A stretch of 63,329 nt of DNA, filler included, from Octopus bimaculoides (GCF_001194135.2; 4 parts of 4 records of this genome joined end to end with filler, not necessarily neighbours in it), one strand, 5' to 3'. Numbered from the whole stretch's first letter, positions 34,656 through 49,823 are shown. Translations and numbers: made by a program. The notes: generated by a model from the sequence alone, not told the origin.

Positions 34656-35235
34656 AGACGACTTTGGAATTTCCTGCATCTCTTCTGGACCGTGATCTGA
34701 CGTAAATTGGTGAATCCTGCCATAATCCTTGCCTTCAGTTCATATTTCCTTTTACAAGGAATTTTGTTGGTCTCTCGCTCAACTGCGCCCCACACATAAT
34801 ACTCAAGGAGGTTACGGTCTAGGGAGTTATGTAGCCAGATGTTAGGGGTGATGTGGTCGCAGAAATTGTCTGAAACCCATGACTAGGTTCTCCTGCTTGT
34901 GTGGCATGGTGCAGAGTGAAGTCGCCAGACATAGATTCGAACAGCAGCTACCCTCTTTACTCAGGGCAGCACTGCTTCCTCCAGGCACTTCATGTAGGCC
35001 TCCTTGTTGAGTTTGAGGCCGTGTAGGATGGTGAATGGAGGCATAACGTTACCATCACTGGCGGGGTCACTCCAAAACACTATAATGTTGACTGGATATT
35101 TGATTTTTTTATCACTCTTGGTACATGTCCTCAGATTGCACTGTCCACAGATTGACACCCAAATACTCTGAAATATCCGTATTAGAGCTTCCGGCGCGAA
35201 TGCCAAGCAGGCAAATTTATAACGTTTTACCATCA
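34656..35235 (-). mobile_element. Tc1/mariner superfamily (maT/DD37D-like) transposase fragment
   Basis: KYPVNIIVF..ASDGNVMPPF...GLKLNKEAYMKCLEEAVLP.VKRVAA...SAPCHTSRRT.SWVSDNFCDHITPNIW...YYVWGAVERETNKIPC, with stops and frameshifts. Confidence 0.85.
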
Positions 35236-36519
35236 TCATTTGCGTGTGTGTGTGTGCGCGCGCGCGTCTGTGTGTGTGATATTCTTTTATTTAAACCTGC
35301 CCACTTCGAAGAAATTCACTAATTACAAGATGACAGTGCTGTTGCAATATTACAAACTGATTATTAAATGCTTGAAAAAATACAAAAGCAATTATAAGCG
35401 TCAACAGTTATTAATCTCTGCAGGGAGACCGTAAATTAGCCTAATGCTAATGATCATTAAATATTAAATGCAGGCTTCCTTTTATTTTACGTTTTATCTC
35501 AATTTTTTTTTTTTGTGTTTTCATATTTTTTTTTTATTAACAATTGCCATTAGATTTTCTCATTTGAATTTACAACGATCTTTGCATAATTGCTTTTCCC
35601 CAAAATTACTTGCCAGTAAAGTAGTGATTATGAAGAAACGTTTTGTCAGCCTTATTACTTCTTGCAAATATAGTTTCGTGACTTCTGTATTCTCTTTTGT
35701 TCTTTTGTTCTAAAATCTGGAAATATTTTGTTCTTAGATTTTGCATATTCTGCACCTGATAAAAATTCAAAGGTTGTCGACAAAATGTGCGTCTTATTTA
35801 TTATGTGCTCTGATTTTATCATCACATACGTCTAATTAAAACTACAAAACTGTATCAAAATTAACAATTCAAGAATATAAGTTCTGTAATTTAGTGAGTT
35901 TCTTTTCGAATTTATATGCTGTATTCACATATTTGATCGCGTGCATTTAAATAATCAAGTGTACATATTCTGTTTCGAAACTTGCAACAAAAATTAAATA
36001 TAGAAATAAAACGAGTTACCAAAACTAACTGAAAGTTACCATCAATTTTAGTCAATTAAAGGTTTGAAAAGTTGAGACAGGATGAAAACGCATTTGAACG
36101 TAGAAAGAAAAATTATATTTCCAGTATATGAACATAGGCAATTAAAAGTTTATCGCCTAAGTTTGTTAATCATGCATATGTACACACTAAAGATATTTGT
36201 CTCTAAAGATGAATTGAATACACAAATGAGACGTTGTGTATTTCATTATTTATAATGGGCAAATTTGCAAAAGCCGTAGACTACAGAAGAGGCTCATATC
36301 GTATCGGATGCGGTATAAAGATTCAAATTAGTGTTCATCCGACTTCTATTTGCAAAATCTATGAGTATTAACACACACATACACATACACACATACACAC
36401 ACACACATACACACACAGGCACATACACACAAACACACACACACACATACACACACAGACACATATACACAAACACACACATGTATATAAAGAAATTTGT
36501 GTATGTATATATATTGTTT

Positions 36520-36925
36520 CTTTTATTCCTTTACTCGTTTCAGTCATTTGACTACAGTCATGCTGTAGCACCGCCTTGAAAGGTTTTAGTCGGATAAATC
36601 AACCACAGCACTTGTTTTTAAAACCTAGTACATATTCTATCGGTCTCTCTTGCCCAACTGCTAGGTTACTTTGATGTAAACACATCAACACACCGGTTGT
36701 CAAGCGGTGATGGTGGAACAAACACAGACACAAAAGACATATATTTATATACATACATAATATATACACATACATAGTACATGCATACATAAATGCATAA
36801 ATACCTACATATATACACACACAAACACACAGACACATACATACACATACACATGCACAAATATATATATTTATGTACGACGGGCTTCTTTCAGTTTCCG
36901 CCTACCAAATTCACTCACAAGGCTT
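36520..36925 (-). mobile_element. SINE family A, head-truncated
   Basis: Tail, CA tract and cgacgggcttctttcagtttccg module. Confidence 0.8.
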
Positions 36926-38554
36926 TCGAGTCCGTAAGAAGGCCACTCACTGTCTCGTTGTAGGCAAATAGGTGCCAATACACCGAGCCAGTCCCCAGCT
37001 GACGCTGAATAATCAGACGCTGAATGGAGCAACCAGCCATTGAATGATGATAGGAATATTAGAAGGGGACCTGTCACTCGTGTCATTTTGCAACGCCTGC
37101 CTTTCCAGTCTCTGTTGCTGAAGAGATTACCGCTCCGAAATTAACCACATAATCTTCGAGCAGATTCGGTTTATTTACGCCTATTGACTACTGCGAGAAA
37201 TTTTCTCCGTGACAAAATACAACGAATGTTCTTTGGGTTTTTTTTCACGAGATGGAGTGTGCTTCATTTGAACTCGTAACAAGTTATATATAAACTGAAC
37301 TACACAGCAAACGTTGCGCACATACTAAATAGAAACCGGTTTACTAACAAACTGCCGTAGCAGACATTAAAGAGTATTAAATTTAAAAACAGTTCTTTCC
37401 TAATGATAAAACGTAATTTCCTGACCGTTCCACACACAGCGTGACCGGAAAACCACAAGTTTAGCTCAGTCGCTTTAATACAATATATTTTTCAGTGTCT
37501 GCCTCCCTCTCTCTCAGTCCTTTTGCTTCTCTCTCAGTTTCGTTCGATCTAATCTATATCTTATTAGAGCCAATATTGTACCGATGATGGCTGTACAAGA
37601 TGAAAAGCCTCATTTGTTGTATAGTTTACTGAATATTAAAGGGTTTGTGTTGAAACTAATTCCAGGGCCTACACGAAATTCAATTGACTAAATTGAATTA
37701 AGACATATACACTGGTCAGACAGAAAACACACTTTGGTAATATTGCACCCTAACGACGTGACAAATCACATTTCTCATTGTCACATAGATTTGCCTACCA
37801 TTTCTAAGCGCTGTAGAAAGAATGTACTATATATGTATGCCTGCGTGTGTGTGCGTTTGTATGAATATGTGTATATATATATATATATATGTGTGTATAT
37901 ATATATATATACATATATGCATACATACATTCATTCATACATTCATACATATATGTTTTTATTACTCTCTATTACATTTAAGCTTAAGATATGTTTATTT
38001 CTCATTTAAATTAATTATTGGATGCAATATGGCTGACGTCTGATTAAATGGGAATTAGAAAGAAATATAAAATTATAATTTTTCTCACAAATAGAAAAAA
38101 AATACCCAATTTTAGATAATTTAGCATTAGATAAAATAAAATTTACGTTAACGATCTTTGTTCAAAATAATGAACATATCCTCCGGAAATCAAGTTATAG
38201 AATTTTCAATTATTTTTTCTGAGCTTAATCTTGTAATATAATATCTTTACGTATTCATATTAAATTCTGAAGAAAAATTACGTATCAACTTCTATATAAT
38301 TCCTCTCTATATATTTAGTAGAACTACTTCGTTTTTCATAGTATTTTTATTTTCAAAGGTTATCAAGTCGATATTTTCATGAACTTTCGAAAGTTATCCT
38401 ATAAGCACGGTTATTTCTGTATCAGTATGCATAATATATTGGTAAGCATAAGATATCTCTTGAAAACTCAAAATGTTAGATATGCAAATGACTGGTATAT
38501 GTCTACGCATACTCATTAGTGGAACATACGTACTTTTCACTTATTTTGTCACTA

Positions 38555-38720
38555 GGCCAGCAATTCTAGGGCAGTGATTAAGTTGATCATATTGATCTCG
38601 GTACTCAACTAGAACTTATTTTACCCCGACACTGAAAGGAAAGGTCGACTTAGCAGCATTTGAACTCAGAAGGCTGTGCATTTTGTCTGACGTGTTCAGG
38701 ATTTTCCGGCTCGCTTGCTT
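38555..38720 (-). mobile_element. SINE family B, diverged
   Basis: gaaaggaaaggtcgact...atttgaactcagaa. Confidence 0.55.
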
Positions 38721-38959
38721 ACGACAGGCCGTAAAGCGGATACATTCATTAGCTGTAAGATTCAAACCACGTGTTTAATTTTGTCTATGGGCGAGGATAT
38801 TTATTTCCCGGTTCGCTGGTCGTCTCGCATCATGCATGTCAAAGGGTATTTTCTAGAATTTTTAGGTACTTGTCGTTCATGGCTCGGGTGAAAGATTTAG
38901 CTGAATGGGGGAATTTTAGTCACGGATGAGATATTTTTATTATTATTTAGCTTTAGTTT

Positions 38960-39485
38960 GGTATCAAACAGAAAAAGAGGCTCACTTTGTAACCTTGTGG
39001 TTTCAGGTTCAGTCCCTCTGCTCGGCACCGCAGAAAAGTCTGCTTTGCTATAGCCCCGGATTGAGTAATGCCCTATAATTGAATTTGGTAAAAGAAAACT
39101 ATGTGGAAGCCTGTCACATATATACATATATGTGTGCGTGTATCAGTTAAATAAAGTGAAATCATAGTCTGGTTTTAAGGTTTTATATTATGGTATCTTA
39201 ACAAAATTAGCGCTTTCATACATGAGGTACTCATCGGATTCCAAATGCATGTGTCTGTGGACTGTTTCTTTGTAGTCGTGTTGCCCCCCCCCCCCACATT
39301 ACTTGACAACCGTTGTTTGTTTACATCCCTGTAATTTTGCCGTTAGTCAAAACGTGTGCCGACATAATAAGTATCGGAAATTGGAAAGAAGCAGTGGGGT
39401 CGATTTGATCAACTGAACTCATCTAAGTAATACTGCAGCATGACCACAGGGCAATGATTGAAGAATGTAAAAGATAAAAGTTTAA
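38960..39485 (+). mobile_element. SINE family A, old diverged copy
   Basis: ggttcagtccc, ctatagcccc, cttgacaaccg, ggggtcgattt and cagcatgacc landmarks in the family order. Confidence 0.6.
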
Positions 39486-41989
39486 GGTTCTGAATCCGTA
39501 AATAAATTTTCGGTTCTATGAAAACCTGCTATTTGTGGAAATTTTAATCACCAAGAATATCAGAAACTTCCATTTGTTCTCCTAAATGAATTCGATCAAA
39601 TACGTCTTGATACTAAATGACATAAACCATAAATCATTTTCCAATATTTCCAAGATACATTAATAGCTGAGCATTTCTAACAATGATAACTAACAAATTG
39701 AATATAATAATAATGATTGCGGGCATCATGTAGATTACGCACGACCTTTAATTATGTCGCCTACAAAGATTTAAAATCTTTGAAAATAAAATAATGAGAA
39801 TTAAAACATTATTTTAAATAAAACCGTCTGTAGTTATTAAAGGTTGCAGACAAATTATATTCTATCGTAGTAATTGTTATAATACACTTTCCTCAGAATT
39901 CACGTTAAAACACTTAAAACAATTATATTAAATTTAATTTATGTCGAAAACGTGACTAAGATAGCTTCTCACTGCGTAAATATAATTTTTAAATTCCATT
40001 ACACAAAGTTGTACGATATTTCAACTATATCTACCTACACGTTATTCAAGAGATAATCAGACAGACGGGAGCAGACGAGCAGATAGAAAGCCAACTGAGT
40101 ACTTAATTAAAATGACAATGAATGTTCAGAGCGCTATAAGTAAATTTCTCAAACGCAGATTTTATGAATTATATTTCTATGATTTATCAGTAATTGTTTC
40201 ATGGTGCACTTAGTTTTCGGCACTGAAACCAATTGTTTAATATTGAAGACTAACTTACGCGCGGTTCCTTTAATACTAAACATAAATATAATGAGATAAA
40301 ATGCCGAGCTATCACAAATAGAAAGTCTAATTACAGAGATAATTTTAGGGTCAAATATGAAATATATTACATAACCTCTCGTTAACATCGAATATTAAAA
40401 CATCGAGTGATTTTTTGTGATACATTTTAAACTCAACTCTAGAATATTTGATTTTAATAACTGATAATTCTTCCAAAGAAATATTATCATATACGCAGGT
40501 TGATATGAAACACGTAGATAGATATAAGGTTGAAGCAAGAAATGCAGAAATGCGAGATACGTGGAAGTGTAGGTAAGAATATAATTACCTCTGGAAGTAG
40601 ATGGATATGATATGGATTAATATATTGGTTATACGCATGGGATATAGTATCAAATAATTAGCAACGACTTTGTAATATGTATTTTCGCAACGCGATCTTC
40701 CGTTTTTAAATACTATTGATATCTACTTTGCTGTTTTTCTCTCTTAACTTTCGATAAAAATATTTTAATAACACATTCCCGATTATCTGCCTCTTCTCAG
40801 AACGTTAGTCACATGTCCTGTCGTAAAATAGAAGAATCGAATAAACATATCACGTTATTTCGTTTCTCTCTTATTTGTTACAATAGTTTTCCATCACGGA
40901 ATGACCATTCAAATTGATTTTTAGTTAAGGCTTTGAAAGCAATAAAGCTTGATATCAAAATATCTCACCCGCTTTGATTTTGAAGTATTACTCTCAGATT
41001 CAAATCTCCCTTAAAGCTGCATTTTAAATAATTTTACATTACTTTCATTTTCTTTTCATTTACTTATCATTTTCTTTGACAACATTTTCTTTTGCGATAT
41101 GAGTATCATTTCCTTCTCTGTAATGTAACCACGTGGAATAAGGAAACCTCAGCTGATTTTGACTTAGAAATATTCGATTATTCGGGGGAAGTTCATGTTG
41201 TTATTCCGCCTTTTCTAGTACATTATTTCTGTATAATTCTCAGTGACAAAGAGATATTATGCTGCCTTCTCTTACATTCACTCTCAAGTAATTCACTTCA
41301 TTCAAGTTTAGAACATCCATGGCCATTGCAATACAATTTATATAGAGGAGTTCTTGTCTAGCTTCTTATATAACCGATAATTGCTCTTAAGCTTCTAGTG
41401 TTACGATGCAACATCAGTGTTTCAGTCTCAGCCTTAATATTTGGTTTTCGTAATCGCTTCCATAAGCACTTGTTCGCCATTATTTACTATGATGCATTAG
41501 GTTATTCGTTCTGTTTAACTTTATCACAAATAACTAATCCTTTATTTGTTATATATTTCTGTATACTTTCCTCCAAAGAATACACTACCTATTAATGTCA
41601 TTTTCAAACAGTCTTTTTGGGTTGTGCATCTGCAACGCAGTCGTAGGCATGTAAATTATATTTAAGTAGATATTATCAGTAACCCATGTTTCCGACTTGG
41701 ATAGATGAATGAAGCCAGTAGTGGTCGCTACAACCGTTGCGGTTATAGCGACCACTACTGGTCCTGAAGTGCGGTAAATAGTGCGGTATAACACATCATT
41801 TCTAAATATAGTGTATTTTATATTAATCTACATTTATTTTGTGCTTATTTACCGATTTTATGTGCGCCCATTGTGTGATATCCTTTCATATATTCACATC
41901 CTAAGATATTGTTTAAATAAATTGTTTTATTGTTTATGGCAAGAGGACTTCTTTCAAATATAGCTAGTTAGCTAACTAGCTAGCTAGAT

Positions 41990-42086
<97 letters not shown>
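41990..42086. repeat. (TAT)n(TAG)n compound microsatellite
   Basis: Direct reading. Confidence 0.97.
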
Positions 42087-44029
42087 AGGAGAGCAAATGT
42101 GCATAGGCCGATTTTGGAAACGCATCTGAGTACCGTGTTTGTACTTTCAAAATAAATAACTCATTATTCGAATTCAATTGGTCAGTCCTTTACTTTGCAA
42201 TGGGAAGAAGTACGGTTTGCCGCTAGACCTGTGCTTTTTTTAAATTTCCATTTTGTAAATATTTGCTTGCTTGTGTATAAATATACATTGTTCTGCTTTG
42301 CACAAACTTACCTCGAAAAGATTTGTACATATAAATATAAAATAATAATAATAATATATCGGGAAAGAAGAAAGAAGAAAATATGATAATAATTACAACA
42401 AGCAAAATAGCAATTTCTAAAAAGAATGTGGTCGAAAAAATACAGCAGCTAGTATTGCCAATTTAACTGCAAAATGATAATTCTTAATTTGAATCATCTC
42501 AGAGGAAAAGCATTGTGGTGAGGGACTGTATGTCACTAAATATTCAGCCGCTTTATCTGACGATGTTATCAATAAGGAAAGCGCTGGCGTATGAGAGTGA
42601 AGCATTTATTTACAGAGATTTACGTTCTGATTTCAAATGCCTCCGTGACTGACTTTGCTTTTCGTAATTAAAGAGCCGGTAAAAGAAGTGCTAACCAAAG
42701 ACTGGAAAACATATAAACGGCTATTCTCTTGAATTTCTGGTCTTGTGCCTAATTTTGAATTCATCATCAACATCACTATCATCGGAATAATCAAAATCAT
42801 CATCATCATCATCAGCATCATCATCAACATCATCATCATCATCATTATTATAATCATCAGCGTTATCAATTTCGAAATATTATTTAACCGTAACATTGAC
42901 TTGCCGTATTTCTTACATTAGAACTTCCGTTATAATTGCTTACGTTATTCATGTAAGAAGATTTGAAAACTCTCGTTCTATCCTTTAATTATGGAGGGCA
43001 CATTCATTTTTGTTTTCTCGTAACTTGCAGCTAGTAGACAAATATTTTTCTCTGAAATGTCGAATTTGACTTTTGGCTGGGAAAGACTGCTGAAAGGTAG
43101 CCATGATAGCTATGGTAGGAGTGATGCTAAAACTGTCGTCTGCTTTCAAACGTTTGCTTGTCAAAGCAAAAGAAGTGACTCTAAAAATTTGGCTGAGAAC
43201 TACAATAACAAAGGCGTAGATGTTAACTGTTGATAACACCAGTAATATGATACAACAAAGCAGTAAATCGGAAATCGTCACGAGTATAAACAACGCCAAC
43301 AGAAACAACAAGATTAGAAACAACACCAACACGAATGCCTACAGAAAGAAAAATAAGGGGAAAAAATTTGGAGTGTTATAAAATTGCTGACATCGACAAA
43401 GCTAAAAACTAAACAGTTCAAAATGTCAGCGAAAATTCGGATAAAACAAGTGACATCAGCAGCAGCTAGAATGAAAAGAAAACAGAAAATAATTTTAGCA
43501 GTGACAGAAACAATAAGGAAAAAGCAACAAAAATGTAAATTTACAGTGACATTAAGAAATATACCTCATCTCCACGAACTAGCAATGCATAAACTCAATA
43601 TTCCCTTCAGTTTAATACTAAAAATATAATGTGAAGGAAGCCTTATATAACAAGAACTGGAATGATAGCACTTTCACAGGTTGGGGCAGATGATATAAGG
43701 TGTTGCTTTTAAATATTATAAATGTTTTCCCAATTTCACTAACCCACCGTTCCCATTTCAGAGAGGATATAAAAGATAGACTCCAGGTTGCTGTAGTTTA
43801 TTATGTGGATATTATTGTCCATGACATTACTGTGACGGTTTTTCTTTTCAATAACTGAACTTGATGTACTCGATGTCTCTCTTTTATCTTATTTATCGCT
43901 GTTTCTACTGCTGCAAATGTTACTGTTGCTTTTCTTGTTTTTCTTGATGTTGCTGCCGTCTTTGTTTAGTTTGCGACGCAGTGAAAATTGTGAACTGAAG
44001 AAAATATGCCTCCCAAACGTTGTCTAGAA

Positions 44030-44870
44030 CCATTTACTGTCATAATTAACCAAAAGTTTTTCAAGATGTGATCACAATAAAACCTTATACATCATCAAAC
44101 ATGGTGCATCCACAGGCCCCTTAGAATGTAGGTTCACAACAAATGGATCTATCAAGCAACAGAATCTTTTCTTTGGAGAAGAGACACATAAAAAGTGCTT
44201 TTATGCAACGAAAATACATGACTACATGACCTCTTGCACAAGAAGTAGGGAGGGGGTCATGTTCTGGGCCAATGTACGAGGATTAGGTGAACGTCAGTGC
44301 TCAACCTATTTCTGAATCAGCTTAAGCTACCAGTGAGTATCAATCAGTTTTTATTCATCTTGACGTTTTAATAGATCCAGGCACTAAATACCTTAATGAG
44401 ACCCTTGATTCAATAACACGAACTGGCATGTACGTTTTCTCCTATCGAATTACTACATCTTCCGTATGGTTAATATAGGCTTCATTACTGACTTGTCCTC
44501 CTCTAGAATGGTACCACTACTTCGATTTTTGATGTGTTAGACGCTCTGAAAGTGATAGTGTTGTTCTCATGTGAAGACATTGGAATTCTTTGTCTGGATC
44601 TGAGTAGGAAGTCCTTAAATCACATCAAATTTTGCAACAAGAGGATTGAGAAAAGAAATCCTTGAGGGACCATCTTCGAGATTAGAAACGGTTGTAATTG
44701 GTGGTCGTTTAGTCTGCTCAGCGAAAGGCTGATCCTCGGTAGTCCCTTAAATAGGACAAAAAGAGCTTTATTTATTAAGACCACCATGCAGTATTAATTG
44801 CTACTACAGAAAACTTTTGATATCATAAGTTGATAGATGCCCTAACAAATCCTGGACTATTATTAACCGA
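44030..44870 (-). mobile_element. Highly decayed CR1/L2-like reverse transcriptase fragment
   Basis: MVPQGFLFSILLL...MSSHENNTITFRASNTSKIE aligns by eye to GVPQGSILGPLLF...MYADDTTITFSAS...E.E. Confidence 0.45.
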
Positions 44871-44882
44871 ACTTACATTGTA

Positions 44883-44913
<31 letters not shown>

Positions 44914-46547
44914 GGTAGGGTGGAGAGATTTATATTCTGTAATTAGCAGATGATTATGTACTTTATTATCAGCATCACCATTCTAGGTTTGCTCGACTAG
45001 TAATATCGGTTTTCTGAAGTTGCACTCATTTTCCGAAAGACACGTGAACAAATGACATGGAATTATAAAACGTTTTAGGTAAAACTACCCAGGTAAGCCA
45101 CCCGGTGTTCTACTTAGACGAACTAGCTTTTCTTAGAGTTTTGTGACGTTCTCTGAGAGTCACAGATGACCGTCGGAGTAAGTATTGGAAGTCAGCTCCA
45201 CTTCTCTGTAGTTCTTCATGAACAGTTCAACGCAGATAGTTGTACCAAGAAATCTTATTCATCAATCTGGAATCAGATATAATTGTCTACTTCCATTGCG
45301 ATCCATCAAAGTCCAAAATGTATATCTATTATAATGCTGCGCAACCAAAACTGCTTAATGAAAGGTTTTATTTTCGCTATTTTCTCTGTATTTCTCTATT
45401 TATGACTTTTTCGCTCGACTTGGATCGAGAAGCGTGGCAATATTGTTTTAGAATGATTTATGTCAAATGTTTACTGGATCGTCATGAACACAAATAGCAA
45501 TGAAGTTGATGGTGGTGCCTTCGTACATGCCGATATGGAGCCAAACGACTGAATTTCTTTGAACGTCTAGAGACAATCATATGACTATTTCTCTCAGTAA
45601 CGTTAATGGATGATTGGCAGTGAACCACGGACCACTCAGAGGTTGTGTGAACAGTAATTGACAGAAAGAAGTACAACTCGCCGGCATGTTACCGCCCAGA
45701 TTTCACTAATCCACCAATGTAGCCCTAGACTAACAATAAATAGTAAAACCAGCCGTTTATAGATCGAAGTTTCACCGAGTTTAGACGACATTCTTCGTGA
45801 ATTTGTCACTGTCCCTGATATTTGCTAACACTAACCACACATCAATGATTTGTGCAATCGACCGAAGCAAAACTGATATTAAGGAAGAAGACTAATGGAC
45901 GTCAAACGCGTTCTTCGTCGAAGGACGAAGATTAGGAAATAATTTGAGCGATAATTGATAGAGGCAAATATTTTTGGTTTCATATTTATGTTTTTCCACT
46001 GCTTTTGCATTTTACTGTCACCCAACGATTGTCACTCATCTGCAAAGTTACTTAATTCACTCCTTGTAGTAATGCGATTGACACATCTGTGTAACCGAAA
46101 ACATGGCGAGTTTTTCGACTGTCTAAGCTGAGACTAAAAGTGTTCTTGGAGCATCGGGTTCTCTGTTTTGTTTGTCATCATCGTCGTTGTTGTCGCTGAA
46201 TATTTTCTTGCCATCTCAATAAAAGATTTTCCGTTGAATATTAAAACAGCTACAAAAACAAAATAATTCTAAAGCTTAACCCTGGTTATTATCGATTTAA
46301 CTAAATGAAACCGTATCATTGATATCACAGTAAACACGATAGTTACAATGTAAAGGTAAATGCATACTCCCTAAAATTTAATCATATAGACGCAAACAAA
46401 ACATGAAAAGCGAATATACTATAAAAGTAACGAACAGACACAACTGGACAAAAGTGGAATAGGGAATAAATACTGCAGAGTTATATCTTATGTTCGGATT
46501 TCATAAGCGGTTGTATAGCTATTTTATAGTCCCGGGAACATTCAAAA

Positions 46548-46728
46548 TTTGGTTAGGTGTAGGCATAGCTCTGTGGTGAGAGGTTTGCTCCACAGCCACA
46601 TGATTCTCGATTCAAATCCCACTGCCCGGCAACTTGGGAACCTGTTTTCTATTATAGCGTTGGACTGATCAAATACTTGTAAGTGAATTTGGTAGAGGGC
46701 AACTGAGAGAATGCTCATCGTATATGTA

Positions 46729-46781
<53 letters not shown>

Positions 46782-46985
46782 ATCAGTATTTGTCTCCGCC
46801 ACTATTTGATAAACCAACCGGTGTTAATGGGTTGGGTTTACGTCCCCTTGACTTTGCGGATCGGCGATAAAATCGATAGAATAAGTACCGGGTTTTAAAA
46901 AATAAGAACTGAGTTCGATACATTCGACTGAAAATCCCCATGGTTGTGCCTCAGCTTGGCTGCAATCTAAGTGAAACAAAAATTA
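46548..46985 (+). mobile_element. SINE family A, diverged
   Basis: Head ctgtgtggtgagaggtttgc, gggaacctgttttctattatagc, (TG)n, gatagaataagtacc, tail. Confidence 0.7.
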
Positions 46986-48057
46986 AATTAATTTCCGTAG
47001 TTTAAGAATTAAGGAAGCTATACTCATACACAGACTAGGACCCCAGATTAACAACAGGCTGCAGGTTGGTAATCAATATATTTAGCTACCTCTGGATGCG
47101 TGTAGGTTCATTTTTTATATGCTCATCTATTGTTTATAACAAAAAAAAAAGAGAAGTGGAAAAAAAGAGAAAAAAGGAAGCTGCACGTATAATACATAAA
47201 CAGCGCTACAGATGTACCAACACACACGAGATTGAGACATAGCCGATCTCACGCACTTCTCATGAGGAATTCCGGAAGGGGCTTCATGAGACCACTGCTG
47301 AGAATCTTCCGAAAAAACGAAAACCGTTGGAAAACCGATCCATCTAAGAATATCTGAAGAAACAATTGTATTCCGAAATATCATCGGACAACGGATAATT
47401 AAATTACAACAAGTATATAGACCATTTTGTGTATTATAGTGNNNNNNNNNNNNNNNNNNNNNNNNNNNNNNNNNNNNNNNNNNNNNNNNNNNNNNNNNNN
47501 NNNNNNNNNNNNNNNNNNNNNNNNNNNNNNNNNNNNNNNNNNNNNNNNNNNNNNNNNNNNNNNNNNNNNNNNNNNNNNNNNNNNNNNNNNNNNNNNNNNN
47601 NNNNNNNNNNNNNNNNNNNNNNNNNNNNNNNNNNNNNNNNNNNNNNNNNNNNNNNNNNNNNNNNNNNNNNNNNNNNNNNNNGATCCATCTAAGAATATCT
47701 GAAGAAACAATTGTATTCCGAAATATCATCGGAGAACGGATAATTAAATTACAACAAGTATATAGACCATTTTGTGTATTATAGTGCAGTTTTACCAGTC
47801 AAAACGTTTTATTCTTTACAAAAATTAAAAGATATATTCGATTAATAACGTACTCCATAAATGATTGAAGGTAGTCCGATTTCTCCGTCTTTTGCTGCAT
47901 ATAAATGCGTTGCTTATAAAGACAACTCTCCGTACGTTTATGCGTCTAGAGGTGACGGAATAGATTTAGATACATTATGTAATAGCGCATGTCATTTAAA
48001 TCAAGCACGGTTAAGGCACTCGTAAATTTGTGTTAATCAAGCAAGCTCTACGGACAC

Positions 48058-48240
48058 AGACGTGGCTGTGCGGTTAAGCTGCACGGTTTACAAACCCCAT
48101 GATTTCATGCTCAATCACTCTGCGTAGCAACTGGTTTCTACCGTATAATAGCTCCACCAATGGCTTATGAGTAAACTTGGTAGACGGAAACAGTTCCGAA
48201 GACACTTATATGTGTGCGTGTATGTATGTATGTATGTATG
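48058..48240 (+). mobile_element. SINE family A, 5' part
   Basis: gtggctgtgcggttaag...ttggtagacggaaac followed by (TATG)n. Confidence 0.55.
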
Positions 48241-49785
48241 TATGTATGTACGTATGTATATATGTGTGTATGTATGTACATGTAATTATATGCCTGTATG
48301 TGTTACTTTATATATATATATGCATACACACACATATATATATATATACATCTGATTCTCTAATACGCAGCTATATGCACTCCATTACCTTATAATTGAG
48401 AAACATCTTGTTTCTATGAGATATATATTACTTCTAACTCTACTACTACTACTACTACCACTACCACCACCACCACCACCACCACTACTTCAACTACAAA
48501 TGCTGCTGCTGCTACCGCGATTATATTGTGATTTTGTATTAAAAACAAATTTCTTTGATATAAAATTAATGAAACCCACAAATACACATAATACATGAGT
48601 ACACATACACGTATAAATATACAAACACTCCCATACACACATATGCACATACATACATACATTAATAACGTATATATATATATATAATCTAAGCAAAGAT
48701 ATAAAAAAGGAGAGATGGAGTGGCAGAAAGAAACAGAAAGTGTGAGAAAGAGAAGATTAGTTTGCTTAACGATTACATCATGATTAAATATCATTTTTTC
48801 TATATCATTTCGTTTATCTATACATAGAACACATGCATCATTTCATGTGTTATTGATAATTATTGATTTTTCTATACTTGGTTACCTTGTTTGTTTCTCT
48901 AATATTCTACGAATATTCTACAGTTTTGAGTAAATAATCGCCTCTAACATTTTCGTTATATTTTGTTTTTTCTTCATCTTAGCATCTCTAGCAAATTTCT
49001 CTTCTGACCTCAAACGACATAGAAAATACTTTCAGTTGCAATTTATTATTCTACTTGAAAGCAACAACACTAAATGTATGTGTCTACGTGTGCGTGAATG
49101 GATGATTATATATATATATATATATATATATNNNNNNNNNNNNNNNNNNNNNNNNNNNNNNNNNNNNNNNNNNNNNNNNNNNNNNNNNNNNNNNNNNNNN
49201 NNNNNNNNNNNNNNNNNNNNNNNNNNNNNNNNNNNNNNNNNNNNNNNNNNNNNNNNNNNNNNNNNNNNNNNNNNNNNNNNNNATATTACGGAGATGTACT
49301 TGCATAGCAAGTGAACTGATCTGAGATCGTGTGCTGGAACGAAAACAATTGCAGCGTGGAAGGTGTTTATAAGCCATTTAAGAAACACAAAAAAACATTA
49401 GATTCACTTCAACATTTAAATTTAATTTGCCAAAATATTTTCGTCGCTTTGAGACCGCAACCTGTTCACTGATAAGATTTCGTCCTGCATTACAGAGAAG
49501 ATGATCTGTGCTGCATCTGTTGAAGTGAATCTAACAGTTTTTGTATGTTTCATAAATGGTTTATAAACACCTTCCACGCTCCAAATGTGTGTATATATAT
49601 ACGTAAATGTCGAACAAAGAGAATGAGTGCTAAACACTGCGTTGGTGGATAAAATTTCCTTATATGTGTACTAAGGTTACAATTTTCTCATGTTAAGAAA
49701 CATATCGTAATATCTTAACAATATTTCACGCCGATCACATGGAGGAATGGTGTTCGTCTCCACTTTCATATATATTTGTGTGTGC

Positions 49786-49823
<38 letters not shown>

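Noticed and set aside
37118-37145. CTGAAGA...GAAA hammerhead-like spacing
   Set aside because: No stem II in the correct register and no stem I/III pairing.
42557-42597. CTGACGA...GAAAGCGCTGGCGTA hammerhead-like motif
   Set aside because: Stem II closing pair and first stem III pair are mismatched, and stem I does not form.
42985-43629. 115-aa hydrophobic minus ORF and 81-aa Lys-rich plus ORF
   Set aside because: Mirror translations of an A-rich low-complexity tract with stops in the most plausible frame; no family motif recognised.
47329-47785. ~110-bp direct repeat flanking an N gap
   Set aside because: Near-identical sequence on both sides of the gap indicates unmerged contig overlap.
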